A stretch of 64,000 bases of DNA from a virus (Duplodnaviria > Heunggongvirae > Uroviricota > Caudoviricetes), in IMG/VR virus record IMGVR_UViG_3300045988_149282, positions 1 through 64,000 of that record. One strand, given 5' to 3'. The translations under genes were made by a program, and so were the position numbers. Of this stretch, positions 40,201 to 46,121 are shown piece after piece (the stretch's first letter is position 1; every line of letters starts with the position of its first letter). The notes below the pieces were generated by a model. That model did not search any database and was not told the DNA's origin. It worked only from the letters and a program-made list of their open reading frames with translations.

Positions 40201-40456
40201 TCGTAACGGTTATATTGTTGAAATGACATTTAACGTTGGCGGTCAGGAGGCAACTCGCAGTTTCCCGATCAACCCGCGAATGAATATGGGCTCCTACTCG
40301 ATGGAGTTTCGTTTTGCAGCGGATATTCCAGGCAACTATGACAACGTCCCGTTCTTTGTAAGAGCACGTGGTCGGGATGCTACTTGGAACTACCAGTGTT
40401 ATGTAGAAAACATCACTGCCACTGCTTTCCGTACAAACAGCAACTCATTCAGCTAA
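28298..40456 (+). CDS. giant central tail fibre / host specificity protein (J-like, ~4052 aa) with internal coiled-coil plus CBM-like domain array
   Basis: N-terminal J-like region with an FN3-like segment; J-like C-terminal region; between them ~2400 aa of repeated coiled-coil segments each followed by a CBM4/9-like domain (start N-L-x-x-N-x-x-F-E, end Y-x-D-D-V-x-V-x-D-V-T-D). ORF track TTG 28292, first ATG 28298. Confidence 0.85.
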   Translation: MDQFKKKRLPLLIAGAGGKKSSGSSRTPVEADDTVNSRAMASILDLLGEGVVGGLINGAKSIFIDGVALENEDGSFNYSGVTWDFRDGSQDQSPMPGFDFVETPKAVNTQLKTTNAVTVAIDNDDADRVRVIMKFPSLRSIDKKTGDTNGTSVQFKFQLANGNGSFYDVIATGESSSDVKLTAKKTGVYYRSYEIQLPKPGRAYKVRVLRLSADSNDQYLFNDTWVDSIGEIVDTPMNYPNSVLVGLKVNSEQFGSSMPSRSYLIRGLKIRVPSNYDENTNTYNGVWDGTFKLLSSSNPAWILFDLLTNARYGLGKFVSESMIDLGQLYQIGRYCDEEVDDGFGGKEKRFAINTQITSRQDAYRLIQDIAGAFRGMVFWAGGMVNIMQDSPSDPVMLFTNANVKDGLFTYKGSARKDRPSVALITYNNKQDGYKQNVEYVEDQEAMARYGERKTEAVAFGCTSRGQAHRVGLWLLYTARMESDMITFTAGLDASFLMPGETVLIQNKYRAGKRNSGRIVSFTKNSITLDAPVSLKKSGSFIRIINQEGKIVERDINETGDNITKVTFKTALATAEQPVANGVWTITEPDLVPMRARVVAIAQGETPGSFDITVVQNNASKYQAIDNGAALVPENTTVLDPTYSKPSNLVISEGTYLSSPGNLSVKLMLAWEGKSPEYWVSWRRSDEGNVSNWQSARATEEQYEIVNVAENGRYDFQLYSVSFGGKKSEIITAVYQVKGTMTPPGAPTSLTAVGDYRNVVLNWVNPDSVDLAQINVYASKTNKLDTATLIAQAATTTFTHAGLGDNETWYYWIRAVNKRGMVGQPNSNLGTEATTRDVLSFLKDKITSSELGKELLDEIDSKATQEAVDNAIGEVQNSVNESIQQVENDLAQTSSEIKAQVDSVNQSLKEDIKTVNQTIVDNIDAVNQTINTNISNVNSQIEAAKQSIKDGDAALSQEIKNAQSSLTTSLSQTSKDLTAAIQKETNDRIADVNDAAKQAADQLLSAKNELKTSIDSLSEVVTSGDENLARQISQIAAGTGEQFDSLKIWYFDQDAEGWTEDDNGYTPMSVTSDGWLKANNPTSTCRSPNGLTIDAHAYRFIKMRIKKVGNPTWNAKMFWIGADETGWNAGRSVVINEPEYDDKGIAILTLHDLEWRDSTTIRRFRFDFTSGQDTDNYLLFDWIAVGRPTPGAGMAALQEEQQARANADTAEAQARSTLAAQIRGSSESGNLDDIRSGLIYQEKNARITADAAEASARESLQTEFNRNKASVAEELHTLSTEQASQASKITGLQTSLGQKADASAVQTISQKVEEQGNTLKSQGAALSTLDNRVGSVESGVSANSKAITGLQSTVTQQDKTLSSQSESITTLNNSLSDIQSDTDTAKSNPSNLLVNASFERDLAGWSAGNSVSNVIKASAPHSGSKILVCAAGTVQITQSVSVVEGRTYKLSSFVRCTTDAVISSPGNNKLRIGAATLLKEIPIRPENLPKDETWKEVSDTWKATLTGKVDVSIMSSLKTGSQYFDDVGFVDVTDALAIEANASATNALTSRVSSVEGTITSQGQQITSMQNSIKNKADASAVTNLANRVTAAENQISSQSQSITSLSNSLDNANADADASKAIIGNMLKNNSFERGFEGWEYVGWTLLEAQNPKSGKYIIQAGKLASGGDSGCNQTIELQAGKTYRIGAWVRKSADFAINNAGNNKISLRNADLTPIKDIPITGAGLSTNWALISGEYTPAKTASVVVSLRASVASGYMYLDDVFCVDVSNEKAIDATSNALSTLNSTVTQQGKDITSNSNSITSLSNQMVNGRQNMWVRSVYNVQLANNTTEPTFSDINGKAPISIDEVPDAAKLDFASAGSYVIAHYKAFVKVNADTTITMAPGSRVFDDTGAVYVNGVRVAFGNASWNTVSFDLKAGWSTVEFLVNQWTGQAYINLGFKLSEKVAQLNSALGMNALSNAISAVTSNVSTVGDRVTSTSQSVTDLRNSLEQTNANLANKADAQALSTLQNTVSKQGDTISSQGNSITNLNNTLTAARNSGDNLIPNYDFLQGATAWDIQYPAGVAFGNFGDGKAGVKLNRTTTTSPGIFSNNNKPLPLNGQRKYRVVVKAKGVSGAMNMLIRRQNKIGQTDSNYEDKNVTLTSEWQTITWETGLTASNADGQNFKLYAHPANAEIWVDTFKVFDITDEVKIKANSDALSTLSSTVTQQGDKITSQGNSITKLTNDLEAADANIAKKADQSAVTTLTGRVEKTESGLTAANSNITSLSSSLSQQSKRGANLLPDGTFESYAVGHNLSNNRVIVTTDDSHGGNKCIRVTRPNDYNANATDNSDNHIFSGFQVRDNAVFYMECWVKLDANSTAMAENTQISIGLSLQYQDNSWQWPAVTKAAKDLSTAQWTKVSGYLKSTKSGIKQAMVRISIPNVSSVKAGNSFLIDDLVITEVTDAYNAQSTADANANAISTLDSTVSQQGDQITSQGNSITKLTNDLATTNNNVSKKADQSALSVLSGRVDQTESGLSSANSSITALNSSVRAGNATSGDLISNPTFDPEFSQMGFTVVPSSSEGVPANCPYAYVARIAARDHHPNFAAIPATLGDVYEMSALVACGTGSADFNLYLGTATRPSGSVGAPLSSGGNRKASATWQRVTWRFKITQGIVDRGFFRPFLQINQSSPFGTVWYVTDWHLRNVTDSSKVQDSLDATAKAVDSLTSTVNQQGENISSIGTRTTNLENNLRTTNANVAQKADANALTALTNRVTQTEKDINSTSSSVTNLNNKVDAISVGGTNLIKNSGDMTGWSNVVSDTYRGNAVIGATVKAGSGYRDLREITLESPVDAGEYVYSFYAKGGVAGQIMTAFFYNPNTTTSIETSQGAKGNNSDGRAQFTLTTSWARYWVKWKQTPTTSTKRLILCRIESNTSKDQTVYINSPKFEVGNVVSDWNESPSDSASASAVDSLTTKVNQQGTSISSIGNRTTSLENGLSTAQNNIAKKADASALQDLRNTVTSQGDDLTAANSSITSLHASMNRRTVFTVTARGNGNSVTHGVFDESGKNLFTPGRSWALVTFAKHSDGSTVIATSKTYDVFGSANNGATMSADIEALASGTYVCVLTFDEPTGNRGKVLSALESLGGTSEVVNSLPYRGAYILLGRKGMKPGDGLELRAPTGGDGTAHISTSVEFVNGVMMGLGAAGGVMMKADANASAITTLQNTVKTQGDNIDSLSSSTTALENSLASSNASVDAASQIPGNLIVNPSFERGTEGYTGWSGIATVATLQVPHLGTKAAKLAAGGSAGVGQKISFKKDRSYKIGIWAKQDPNTTIQSTDNTKFRVADGTGLIASKVYGPFTSNWQEVSWTWKATKDVLADVQFTAFLSAGAMYFDDFYVVDVTDSVETQANSSAITKLDSRVTKTENDITSQGSQVTQLKNDLATTNTNVSKKADAAALTALTNRVTQNEKEIGTQSSQTTSLKNSLSTVQAMGSNPWFDGSLETYSENQQISGSRAVVVSSQKRSGTKSLRVSRGAGEGGNSDKTIGKWIALRENAVFRIELWAMMPADQSPSSGWSTLVGLQTQNAANNNNWPTAITINEAALGARGAWKKFTGTLRVAAGHTRGAFWVSTRGTTGTGTPGYDLYIDDVVVTDITDAKEAQDSANSNASALTSLTSRVTNVEGQVTSQASQLSSLTSQVNDASSKVDQMAQTITNNEKTQSSLNTSLQSQIDAQASANIKNQTELNNATTSMAAIKSTQQTQATTISALSQQQTNLTAQVGGQSAELQELKKTVVENGNVNSTWMVKMETNSNGKKYAAGIALGIDGKNLQSQFLVQTDRFGLINTSNGNTTTPFVIENGVAYINAAVIKDGSITNAKIGGEIRSDNFVNGSNGWRIGKDGSSQFNNAIFRGHIEARSGTFKGTLEAQNFIGDIAVARRYAGLSFRRNNTVQRDGRYQNRGYGMTIVLSCTLIYQVTGGNEDRNGYIVEMTFNVGGQEATRSFPINPRMNMGSYSMEFRFAADIPGNYDNVPFFVRARGRDATWNYQCYVENITATAFRTNSNSFS

Positions 40457-40512
40457 CATGGCGCCCCTTTGGGGCGCCCACTAAACCGTATTAACTCAAG
40501 GAAGAGTAAATT

Positions 40513-41952
40513 ATGGCAATGTATGAAGTTGGCACCATAACGGGTGCTGCAAACCAGGCAAAGGTTACAGGTATTTCCACTAAGTGGTCGGAGACCGCCC
40601 TGGGTATTCAAGAGGGTTCGATTCTTGTCATTTATCGCAATGGAAGTGCCGATCTGTATGCCATCAAATCCGTTAATAACGACACTCAACTGACCCTGAC
40701 GAGAAACATTACAACAGCTTTTTCTGGTGCGAAATATGGAATTATCACATCAGAAACAGCCAGCACATCGTCTTTTGCTAATCAACTCGCCAGTGCATTC
40801 ACTCTGTGGCGTAATGTTGTCCAGGGGTGGTCTACAGCACTAACAGGTAGTGGCAATATTACAATAACAGACCCTTTAACGGGTGTATCTGTGACTGTTC
40901 CAGCAATTTCAGGAATGGCGAAAGCGTCCGATCTCACAGCACTTAGCAACTCGCTGAAAGATGTAGCGAAGACTACAACGGCAAACACATGGACGCAGGC
41001 GCAGACGTGGAACGCAGCATCTACGTTTAAAAATAACCTTACGGTGAACGGCACTTTTACAGTAAATGGGAATTTCTACGGCAAGCAGCTTGCTGGAGGC
41101 CACATAGAGTTAACAGGGGCGACCCCTTATATCGACTTTCACCACGGCAACACCACAACAGACTACACACATCGAATTATTACTGAGAATGGGGCATTGG
41201 CTGTTTATCCGGGCTTACGCGTCCGTGGTGGATTGGGGATTTATGGTGTAGCTACGCAATACGGAGATCAGTACGGGCAGGGATTTATCACCCGTCTTAA
41301 CACAGATCCAGGTAACGTAGCTAACGGCACAATCATTGCCTCTCCACGCGTCACAACTAGGTTCAACACTCGCGGCAGTGACACAAATGTTGACGGCGGA
41401 CAGGGGGCCATGTGGTTTGAGGAGCAGGTGGGGACGAACCATAGGCTGGTATTCATGCTTGGTGGTTTCAGTCAGCCTGTCCAATATTGGCACCACTTGC
41501 CTGATGGGCGGATCTATAGTAGTTCTCGCGGCGATGTTGCATTTAACGGGACGTCCGACGAACGGTTGAAACATAGTATAGAACCGACTGACGGCCATTT
41601 GTCAGTCGATCGCATTCGTCAGCTTGAGCTGGTGACGTTCGTCTATAACGATGACGAGCAGGAACGAGTACGCCGCGGGATTATTGCGCAGCAGGCTCAG
41701 CTGGTCGACAAACAGTATGTTAAGCAGATTAACACATCGTATATTCTCAACGGTGAGAAAGTGGACGATGACCGTCTGCAACTCGATAATAACGTTATTC
41801 TAATGGATACATTGGCGGCGGTTAAAGTACTGATTCAGCGAGTTGAAGAACTTGAGAATAAACTTAACTCATCAGAAGGGAGCGACGCCATAAATACAAA
41901 CCAGAATACCTTCGATACAGGCGTGGCCATGAGAAGTGAGCAATCAAATTAA
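40513..41952 (+). CDS. side tail fibre protein with C-terminal intramolecular chaperone (peptidase S74-like) domain
   Basis: C-terminal motif NGTSDERLKHSIEP... matches the autoproteolytic chaperone domain of endosialidases and T5 L-shaped fibre; RBS AAGGAAGAG. Confidence 0.75.
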   Translation: MAMYEVGTITGAANQAKVTGISTKWSETALGIQEGSILVIYRNGSADLYAIKSVNNDTQLTLTRNITTAFSGAKYGIITSETASTSSFANQLASAFTLWRNVVQGWSTALTGSGNITITDPLTGVSVTVPAISGMAKASDLTALSNSLKDVAKTTTANTWTQAQTWNAASTFKNNLTVNGTFTVNGNFYGKQLAGGHIELTGATPYIDFHHGNTTTDYTHRIITENGALAVYPGLRVRGGLGIYGVATQYGDQYGQGFITRLNTDPGNVANGTIIASPRVTTRFNTRGSDTNVDGGQGAMWFEEQVGTNHRLVFMLGGFSQPVQYWHHLPDGRIYSSSRGDVAFNGTSDERLKHSIEPTDGHLSVDRIRQLELVTFVYNDDEQERVRRGIIAQQAQLVDKQYVKQINTSYILNGEKVDDDRLQLDNNVILMDTLAAVKVLIQRVEELENKLNSSEGSDAINTNQNTFDTGVAMRSEQSN

Positions 41953-42042
41953 TTCAATTCGTATGTAAGTGCTTACCTACAATTAGTTTCTAATTTATGA
42001 TATAAATCTGCCATCCGATTTGACTTATTCATGGAGGAAGAC

Positions 42043-42366
42043 ATGTCAAACGAGATGGCAGGCGTGACGCCAGAGCAGGTGGAGCGCATTGCCGCAATTG
42101 TTGCGCGAGAAGTCGTAGGAAAATTAAGTAAGGAGCTTCGCGATGATATTGGCCAGGAGGTCAACGATCAGCTGCGAACCTACTTTGGCGATATGACTCC
42201 GGCGCAACATAGCATTCAGCATTCCAACCTGGACAAACTTCTTAATCGGCTCGACACGATTTCAAGCGGGTTCTTTGGAGGCATTATTTCCAAGATTACC
42301 TCGTTCCTGATCACCGTGCTGCTTTTGGGTTTGGCCGCTTATGGCGTGAAAAATGGACTGCAATAA
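42043..42366 (+). CDS. holin-like small membrane protein (candidate)
   Basis: ~107 aa with one C-terminal TM segment (ISKITSFLITVLLLGLAAYGV); first gene of the apparent lysis cassette; ATG 42043 follows GGAGG. Confidence 0.4.
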   Translation: MSNEMAGVTPEQVERIAAIVAREVVGKLSKELRDDIGQEVNDQLRTYFGDMTPAQHSIQHSNLDKLLNRLDTISSGFFGGIISKITSFLITVLLLGLAAYGVKNGLQ

Positions 42367-42379
42367 CAGGAGAACAAGG

Positions 42380-43072
42380 ATGAGTACTCCAAGAGGCATT
42401 CGTAACAACAACCCTGGCAACCTGGATAAAGGGTCGCCGTGGCAAGGGTTAGTAAACAACCCGTCGGAACCGCGGTTCTGTACTTTTAAAGACCCCGTAT
42501 GGGGGATTCGAGCACTGACAGTAACGCTCATCACCTACCATGATAAGCGCCGTGCAAAAGATGGCTCCAGCATCGATACGATCCGCGAAGTCATCGAGCG
42601 TTGGGCGCCGCCACACGAAAACAACACCGCCGCCTATATCAATGAGGTTTCTAAAGCCGTTGGCGTGACGCCGGACATGATCATCGATCTGCATGACTAC
42701 AATACTATGCGGCCGCTGGTGGAGGCGATTATTCGTCATGAGAACGGTCGTGGCCCTTTGAAAACACTCAACAGCTGGTATTCGGCCGAAGTTATTGACG
42801 AAGGTATGCGTCGCGCCGGCGTCGTTAAACCGGTAACTGCAGTGAAAGCCGTACCTGTCACGAAAGAAACTGCAGGCGCAACGGTGACTGCAGGTATCGG
42901 TATTGCGCAGCTGGCGGACGTAATGCCGCAGATCTCCGTTGCGATGGATAAGGCCCAGGGACATATTACCAGCGGGGATACCGTTCGCATTATCTTCGGT
43001 ATTGCGACCATTGTTGTCGCCGGCTTTATTGCCTGGTCGCAAGTTCGTAAGCATCAGGCAGGAGTGGTGTAA
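42380..43072 (+). CDS. endolysin-like protein (candidate cell-wall hydrolase) with C-terminal transmembrane segment
   Basis: Position between holin-like gene and spanins; soluble N-terminal domain (IRNNNPGNL...HENGRG) plus C-terminal TM helix (IIFGIATIVVAGFIAWSQV). Catalytic family not identifiable by eye. Confidence 0.4.
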   Translation: MSTPRGIRNNNPGNLDKGSPWQGLVNNPSEPRFCTFKDPVWGIRALTVTLITYHDKRRAKDGSSIDTIREVIERWAPPHENNTAAYINEVSKAVGVTPDMIIDLHDYNTMRPLVEAIIRHENGRGPLKTLNSWYSAEVIDEGMRRAGVVKPVTAVKAVPVTKETAGATVTAGIGIAQLADVMPQISVAMDKAQGHITSGDTVRIIFGIATIVVAGFIAWSQVRKHQAGVV

Positions 43073-43074
43073 CC

Positions 43075-43326
43075 ATGAACGGCAGCCTGCTTTCAAAGGT
43101 CAAATCGACCATCATGACTTTGGCTGCCGTCTTCTCTGTGCTCGTTGGGGCGTACACCTGGGGTGGACGTGCTGCCCGGCGGGCCATGGAAGAAAAGGCG
43201 CAGAGAGAAACCAACAAACGGCTTCAAGGCACAGTGGATGTGAAAAATGAGACGATTAATGAAGTCAGGACTAAGGATGCTTCTGCCGTTCATCGCGAGC
43301 TTCGCGATAAGTGGATGCGTGATTAA
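43075..43326 (+). CDS. i-spanin (Rz-like)
   Basis: N-terminal TM helix followed by a charged coiled-coil periplasmic domain; contains the embedded o-spanin start. Confidence 0.6.
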   Translation: MNGSLLSKVKSTIMTLAAVFSVLVGAYTWGGRAARRAMEEKAQRETNKRLQGTVDVKNETINEVRTKDASAVHRELRDKWMRD

Positions 43327-43474
43327 ACCCCAGACCGTGGGCGTACAATTCTGCGATGGGGCTAACCCTATCTACATCAGCAAGGACGACGCCCTGACAG
43401 AAGAAACTGAGAGGGAAATCCTGATCCACAACACGCTGGGTGAGCGAATCTGTGATTGGGGGAAAGGTACATAA
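43247..43474 (+). CDS. o-spanin (Rz1-like outer-membrane lipoprotein), overlapped with i-spanin
   Basis: Signal peptide with lipobox (FAISGC), short mature protein; starts within the 3' end of the i-spanin gene in another frame. Confidence 0.6.
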   Translation: MRRLMKSGLRMLLPFIASFAISGCVIKPQTVGVQFCDGANPIYISKDDALTEETEREILIHNTLGERICDWGKGT

Positions 43475-43715
43475 GGAACTGACGTAAGATGCGCTTGCGT
43501 TGATGTGAGGCGCATCTGTTTCTTCTATCTGTAATCGAGTAAATGCCGTCATCCAAGTTCACCGAACTTGATTATTCTTCACCGAACTTCACTCAAGGTA
43601 ATCTTGAATCATCCTGCTTAATGATGTAGATTTAACCAACAGCTGACGATGTCGTCAGCCGTTAGACCTGAAAAGGTGCCGCAATGACACTTGTGTTAAC
43701 GGCTAAGGTGGATAT

Positions 43716-44135
43716 ATGCTAAATTATCATGACAATACGCGTTCTATGCAGACGATCCGCACCAATACTGCGGTTATCGACAGCTTTCCTATGCGTATTC
43801 ACAACAGTGAAGACGCAGTAGAAGTGCGACGTATGTTGTGCCGTGAATCAGCTAACCGCCAGCACTTCATCGTCACTTTTAAGAGCGATGTGGCGCGTGC
43901 CGAAAAGATCTCTAATTCTACGTCACTGGTTAAACCGTTGGCCGAGGTTGTCACTAACGGTAAACGAACCTCTTTTGTTTTAGATGTTGCTGAACAATAT
44001 CCTGACTTGAAGTGTTTAGATCGTGATATTTCTTCACGAATCAAACAAGTTGTAGAGTCTTTTATGAAGAAATTCTGTAAAATCGATGATATGGAACCAT
44101 CAACGGCACAGAATACTTCATGGCACCATCTCTAA
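43716..44135 (+). CDS. hypothetical protein (139 aa)
   Basis: ORF with AAGGTGG RBS after the hairpin-rich intergenic region 43480-43700. Confidence 0.5.
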   Translation: MLNYHDNTRSMQTIRTNTAVIDSFPMRIHNSEDAVEVRRMLCRESANRQHFIVTFKSDVARAEKISNSTSLVKPLAEVVTNGKRTSFVLDVAEQYPDLKCLDRDISSRIKQVVESFMKKFCKIDDMEPSTAQNTSWHHL

Positions 44136-44893
44136 TTGGTCAGGCGAACAGATTAATCCCTGAAATAGAAGACTACAGCAAGGTCTTGTCTGAAATGCCG
44201 AGAGCGACGAGAATTATCGCTCTCGGTGAGTTCTATTTTATCTCCCGAGGTTTCGATCTAATTCGATTTACCGAATACGAGCTTGTTGATTCGGCCTATG
44301 AACGCTGTATTGTTGGCGAGTGTCTTGAGTCATGTGATCCTGATTACCAAGAGCAGGAAGTTAAGCGACTCAAACGTGCTGGTTACACACCTCTTGAGAT
44401 AGGAGCAGAAATTGAATCCTACAAGTTGCATGTGGGGCAGCCAGTCCAAACAGTCTTCCGCGTGGCCTACTGCGAGTTTCCAATCAAGGATAAATCTGGA
44501 GTAAAAGTCAGCGCCAAGCAGATTAGAGGGGTTTTTACTCATGCTGATTATATGGGATTAGGCATCGCAAGTTTTGCTTACCTTTATCTCGTAGATAAGT
44601 ATCAGTACTTGGTTTGCGATACGTTACAGACGGTAAAAGGCGCAACTCTTTGGGCTGTGAGTATGCGCAAACATGGACTGGTCGAAATTTACGATACGAA
44701 GAACGAAAATTTTATAGAGGAATTGGGTGAGGATGCCTGTGGCGTAAGTGGTTTTATTCCGTGGGATATCGGTAAGTCTGACGGAGGCCAGATGCGAAGA
44801 CGTGAAGAGTGGGGGACTAATAAAATCAATCTCACCCCAGGTGCTTGTACTCATATAGTGAACATTCTGAGTAAACGATCTATGAATCAATAA
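44120..44893 (+). CDS. hypothetical protein (257 aa)
   Basis: ORF overlapping the upstream gene end; strong terminator follows (44893-44916). Confidence 0.5.
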   Translation: MAPSLIGQANRLIPEIEDYSKVLSEMPRATRIIALGEFYFISRGFDLIRFTEYELVDSAYERCIVGECLESCDPDYQEQEVKRLKRAGYTPLEIGAEIESYKLHVGQPVQTVFRVAYCEFPIKDKSGVKVSAKQIRGVFTHADYMGLGIASFAYLYLVDKYQYLVCDTLQTVKGATLWAVSMRKHGLVEIYDTKNENFIEELGEDACGVSGFIPWDIGKSDGGQMRRREEWGTNKINLTPGACTHIVNILSKRSMNQ

Positions 44894-44916
44894 ACCCGCT
44901 ACGGCGGGTTTTTTGT
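44893..44916 (+). terminator. Rho-independent terminator
   Basis: AACCCGC-TACG-GCGGGTT hairpin followed by a T-run at the end of the 44120..44893 ORF. Confidence 0.65.
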
Positions 44917-44990
44917 TATTAAGCCCACCTATGTACCTATCATTAAACCTTTACACCGCAGCCGTAGGCATTTAGGCTATATCACATATA

Positions 44991-45006
44991 AGAAAACAAG
45001 TTGTTT
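44991..45006 (+). promoter_or_regulatory. AGAAAACAAGTTGTTT motif upstream of parA
   Basis: Exact motif 36 nt upstream of the parA ATG; palindromic core AACAA-G-TTGTT. Confidence 0.5.
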
Positions 45007-45041
45007 CAGACGATAATTATATACGCAAAGGGAACTCTCCA

Positions 45042-45710
45042 ATGACCAAGATCTTTGTGGTTGGCGGCACAAAGGGCGGGCCTGGCAAATCCACCGTTGC
45101 CCAGCAAATTGCCGTTTGCCTGAAAGTCAAAAAGAAGAAGAAGGTTTATATTACCGATATAGATATTCAGCGCACGACAACGAGCTGGTGTGAAGACCGT
45201 CGACAGAACGAAGACCTTGAGCTGATTCCTTTTGCATACGTTCAGGATGACATCATTAAGCACCTAAAATCGCTTCAGGGTAGAGCTGAGTTTGTAGTGG
45301 TAGATGCTGGTGGCTTCGACTCCGAAATTCAGCGACAAGCGATGCTGATGGCTGACGTTATCATTATCCCGCTGCGTCCTAAGCGTCGTGATTTGAAATC
45401 TTTACGTGACATCGATCCTATTATCGACAATGTTCGCAATGTAAACGATAAAGTGAAGGTCCGCGCGGTCATGAACCAGTGCCCGGCTTTGCCATCACAA
45501 GTGTCTCGCATTCTGGCGGCTAAAGAGATTGTTGAGACGTTTGGCATCGAGTCTGCGCCAGTCAATCTATATAACCGCAACGTCTATGATGATGCGGAAG
45601 AGTCTGGTCGCTCTATCTTTGAAATGACCGGTAGCGAGCGCGACAAAAAGGCGGAAGCCGAGTTTGAAGAATTTGTAGATTATCTGTTGAGTCTGGAGGA
45701 AGAAGAATAA
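45042..45710 (+). CDS. parA: ParA/Soj-family partition ATPase
   Basis: Deviant Walker A (GGTKGGPGKST) typical of ParA/MinD; size ~222 aa suggests a type Ib ParA; conserved upstream motif AGAAAACAAGTTGTTT at 44991-45006. Confidence 0.85.
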   Translation: MTKIFVVGGTKGGPGKSTVAQQIAVCLKVKKKKKVYITDIDIQRTTTSWCEDRRQNEDLELIPFAYVQDDIIKHLKSLQGRAEFVVVDAGGFDSEIQRQAMLMADVIIIPLRPKRRDLKSLRDIDPIIDNVRNVNDKVKVRAVMNQCPALPSQVSRILAAKEIVETFGIESAPVNLYNRNVYDDAEESGRSIFEMTGSERDKKAEAEFEEFVDYLLSLEEEE

Positions 45711-46069
45711 TGTCCATGAAAATGGGTGACCTAGCAAAGCGCAAAGAGCCTGATGCACCGGCTAAGAACACAACTCCTTTGCGCCAACCAGTCAGACCAC
45801 AGGGACGCCCGACTCGTGGCAAAGAGAAAATTAAAAGCCGCACAATGTCACTGGAGGACGAATACTTCGAACTGCTGGAGATGATGAAGTTCATCCCTCG
45901 CTTCGAGAAGTTCACTCGTTCTGACGTGATTCGAGCAGCCATTTTCCATCTGGCAGAGAAGTCACCGCAGGAAATCGAGGACATCGTGAAATTGAATGAG
46001 GCGATCACCGCTGCCGATGTCACGATGCGTACCGATGAAATCAAACGAGAGTTGATGAAGAAAGGTTAA
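45710..46069 (+). CDS. partition partner protein (candidate centromere-binding protein, ParG/RHH-like)
   Basis: Start overlaps parA stop (TAATG); basic disordered N-terminus with structured C-terminal region, as expected for a small ParA partner. Confidence 0.5.
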   Translation: MSMKMGDLAKRKEPDAPAKNTTPLRQPVRPQGRPTRGKEKIKSRTMSLEDEYFELLEMMKFIPRFEKFTRSDVIRAAIFHLAEKSPQEIEDIVKLNEAITAADVTMRTDEIKRELMKKG

Positions 46070-46073
46070 AAAT

Positions 46074-46104
46074 CATGCATTGGCGCGTACATTGCGCCAA
46101 TGCA
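46074..46104. terminator. bidirectional terminator between convergent genes
   Basis: 12-bp perfect inverted repeat ATGCATTGGCGC / GCGCCAATGCAT with 7-nt loop between the partition operon (+) and the GIY-YIG gene (-). Confidence 0.6.
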
Positions 46105-46121
46105 TAACTACAGTGTCAGCT

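Noticed and set aside
42449-43096. 215-aa minus-strand ORF across the lysis cassette
   Set aside because: Antisense to the holin-like, endolysin-like and spanin genes, which have coherent operon structure, RBSs and membrane topology signals.
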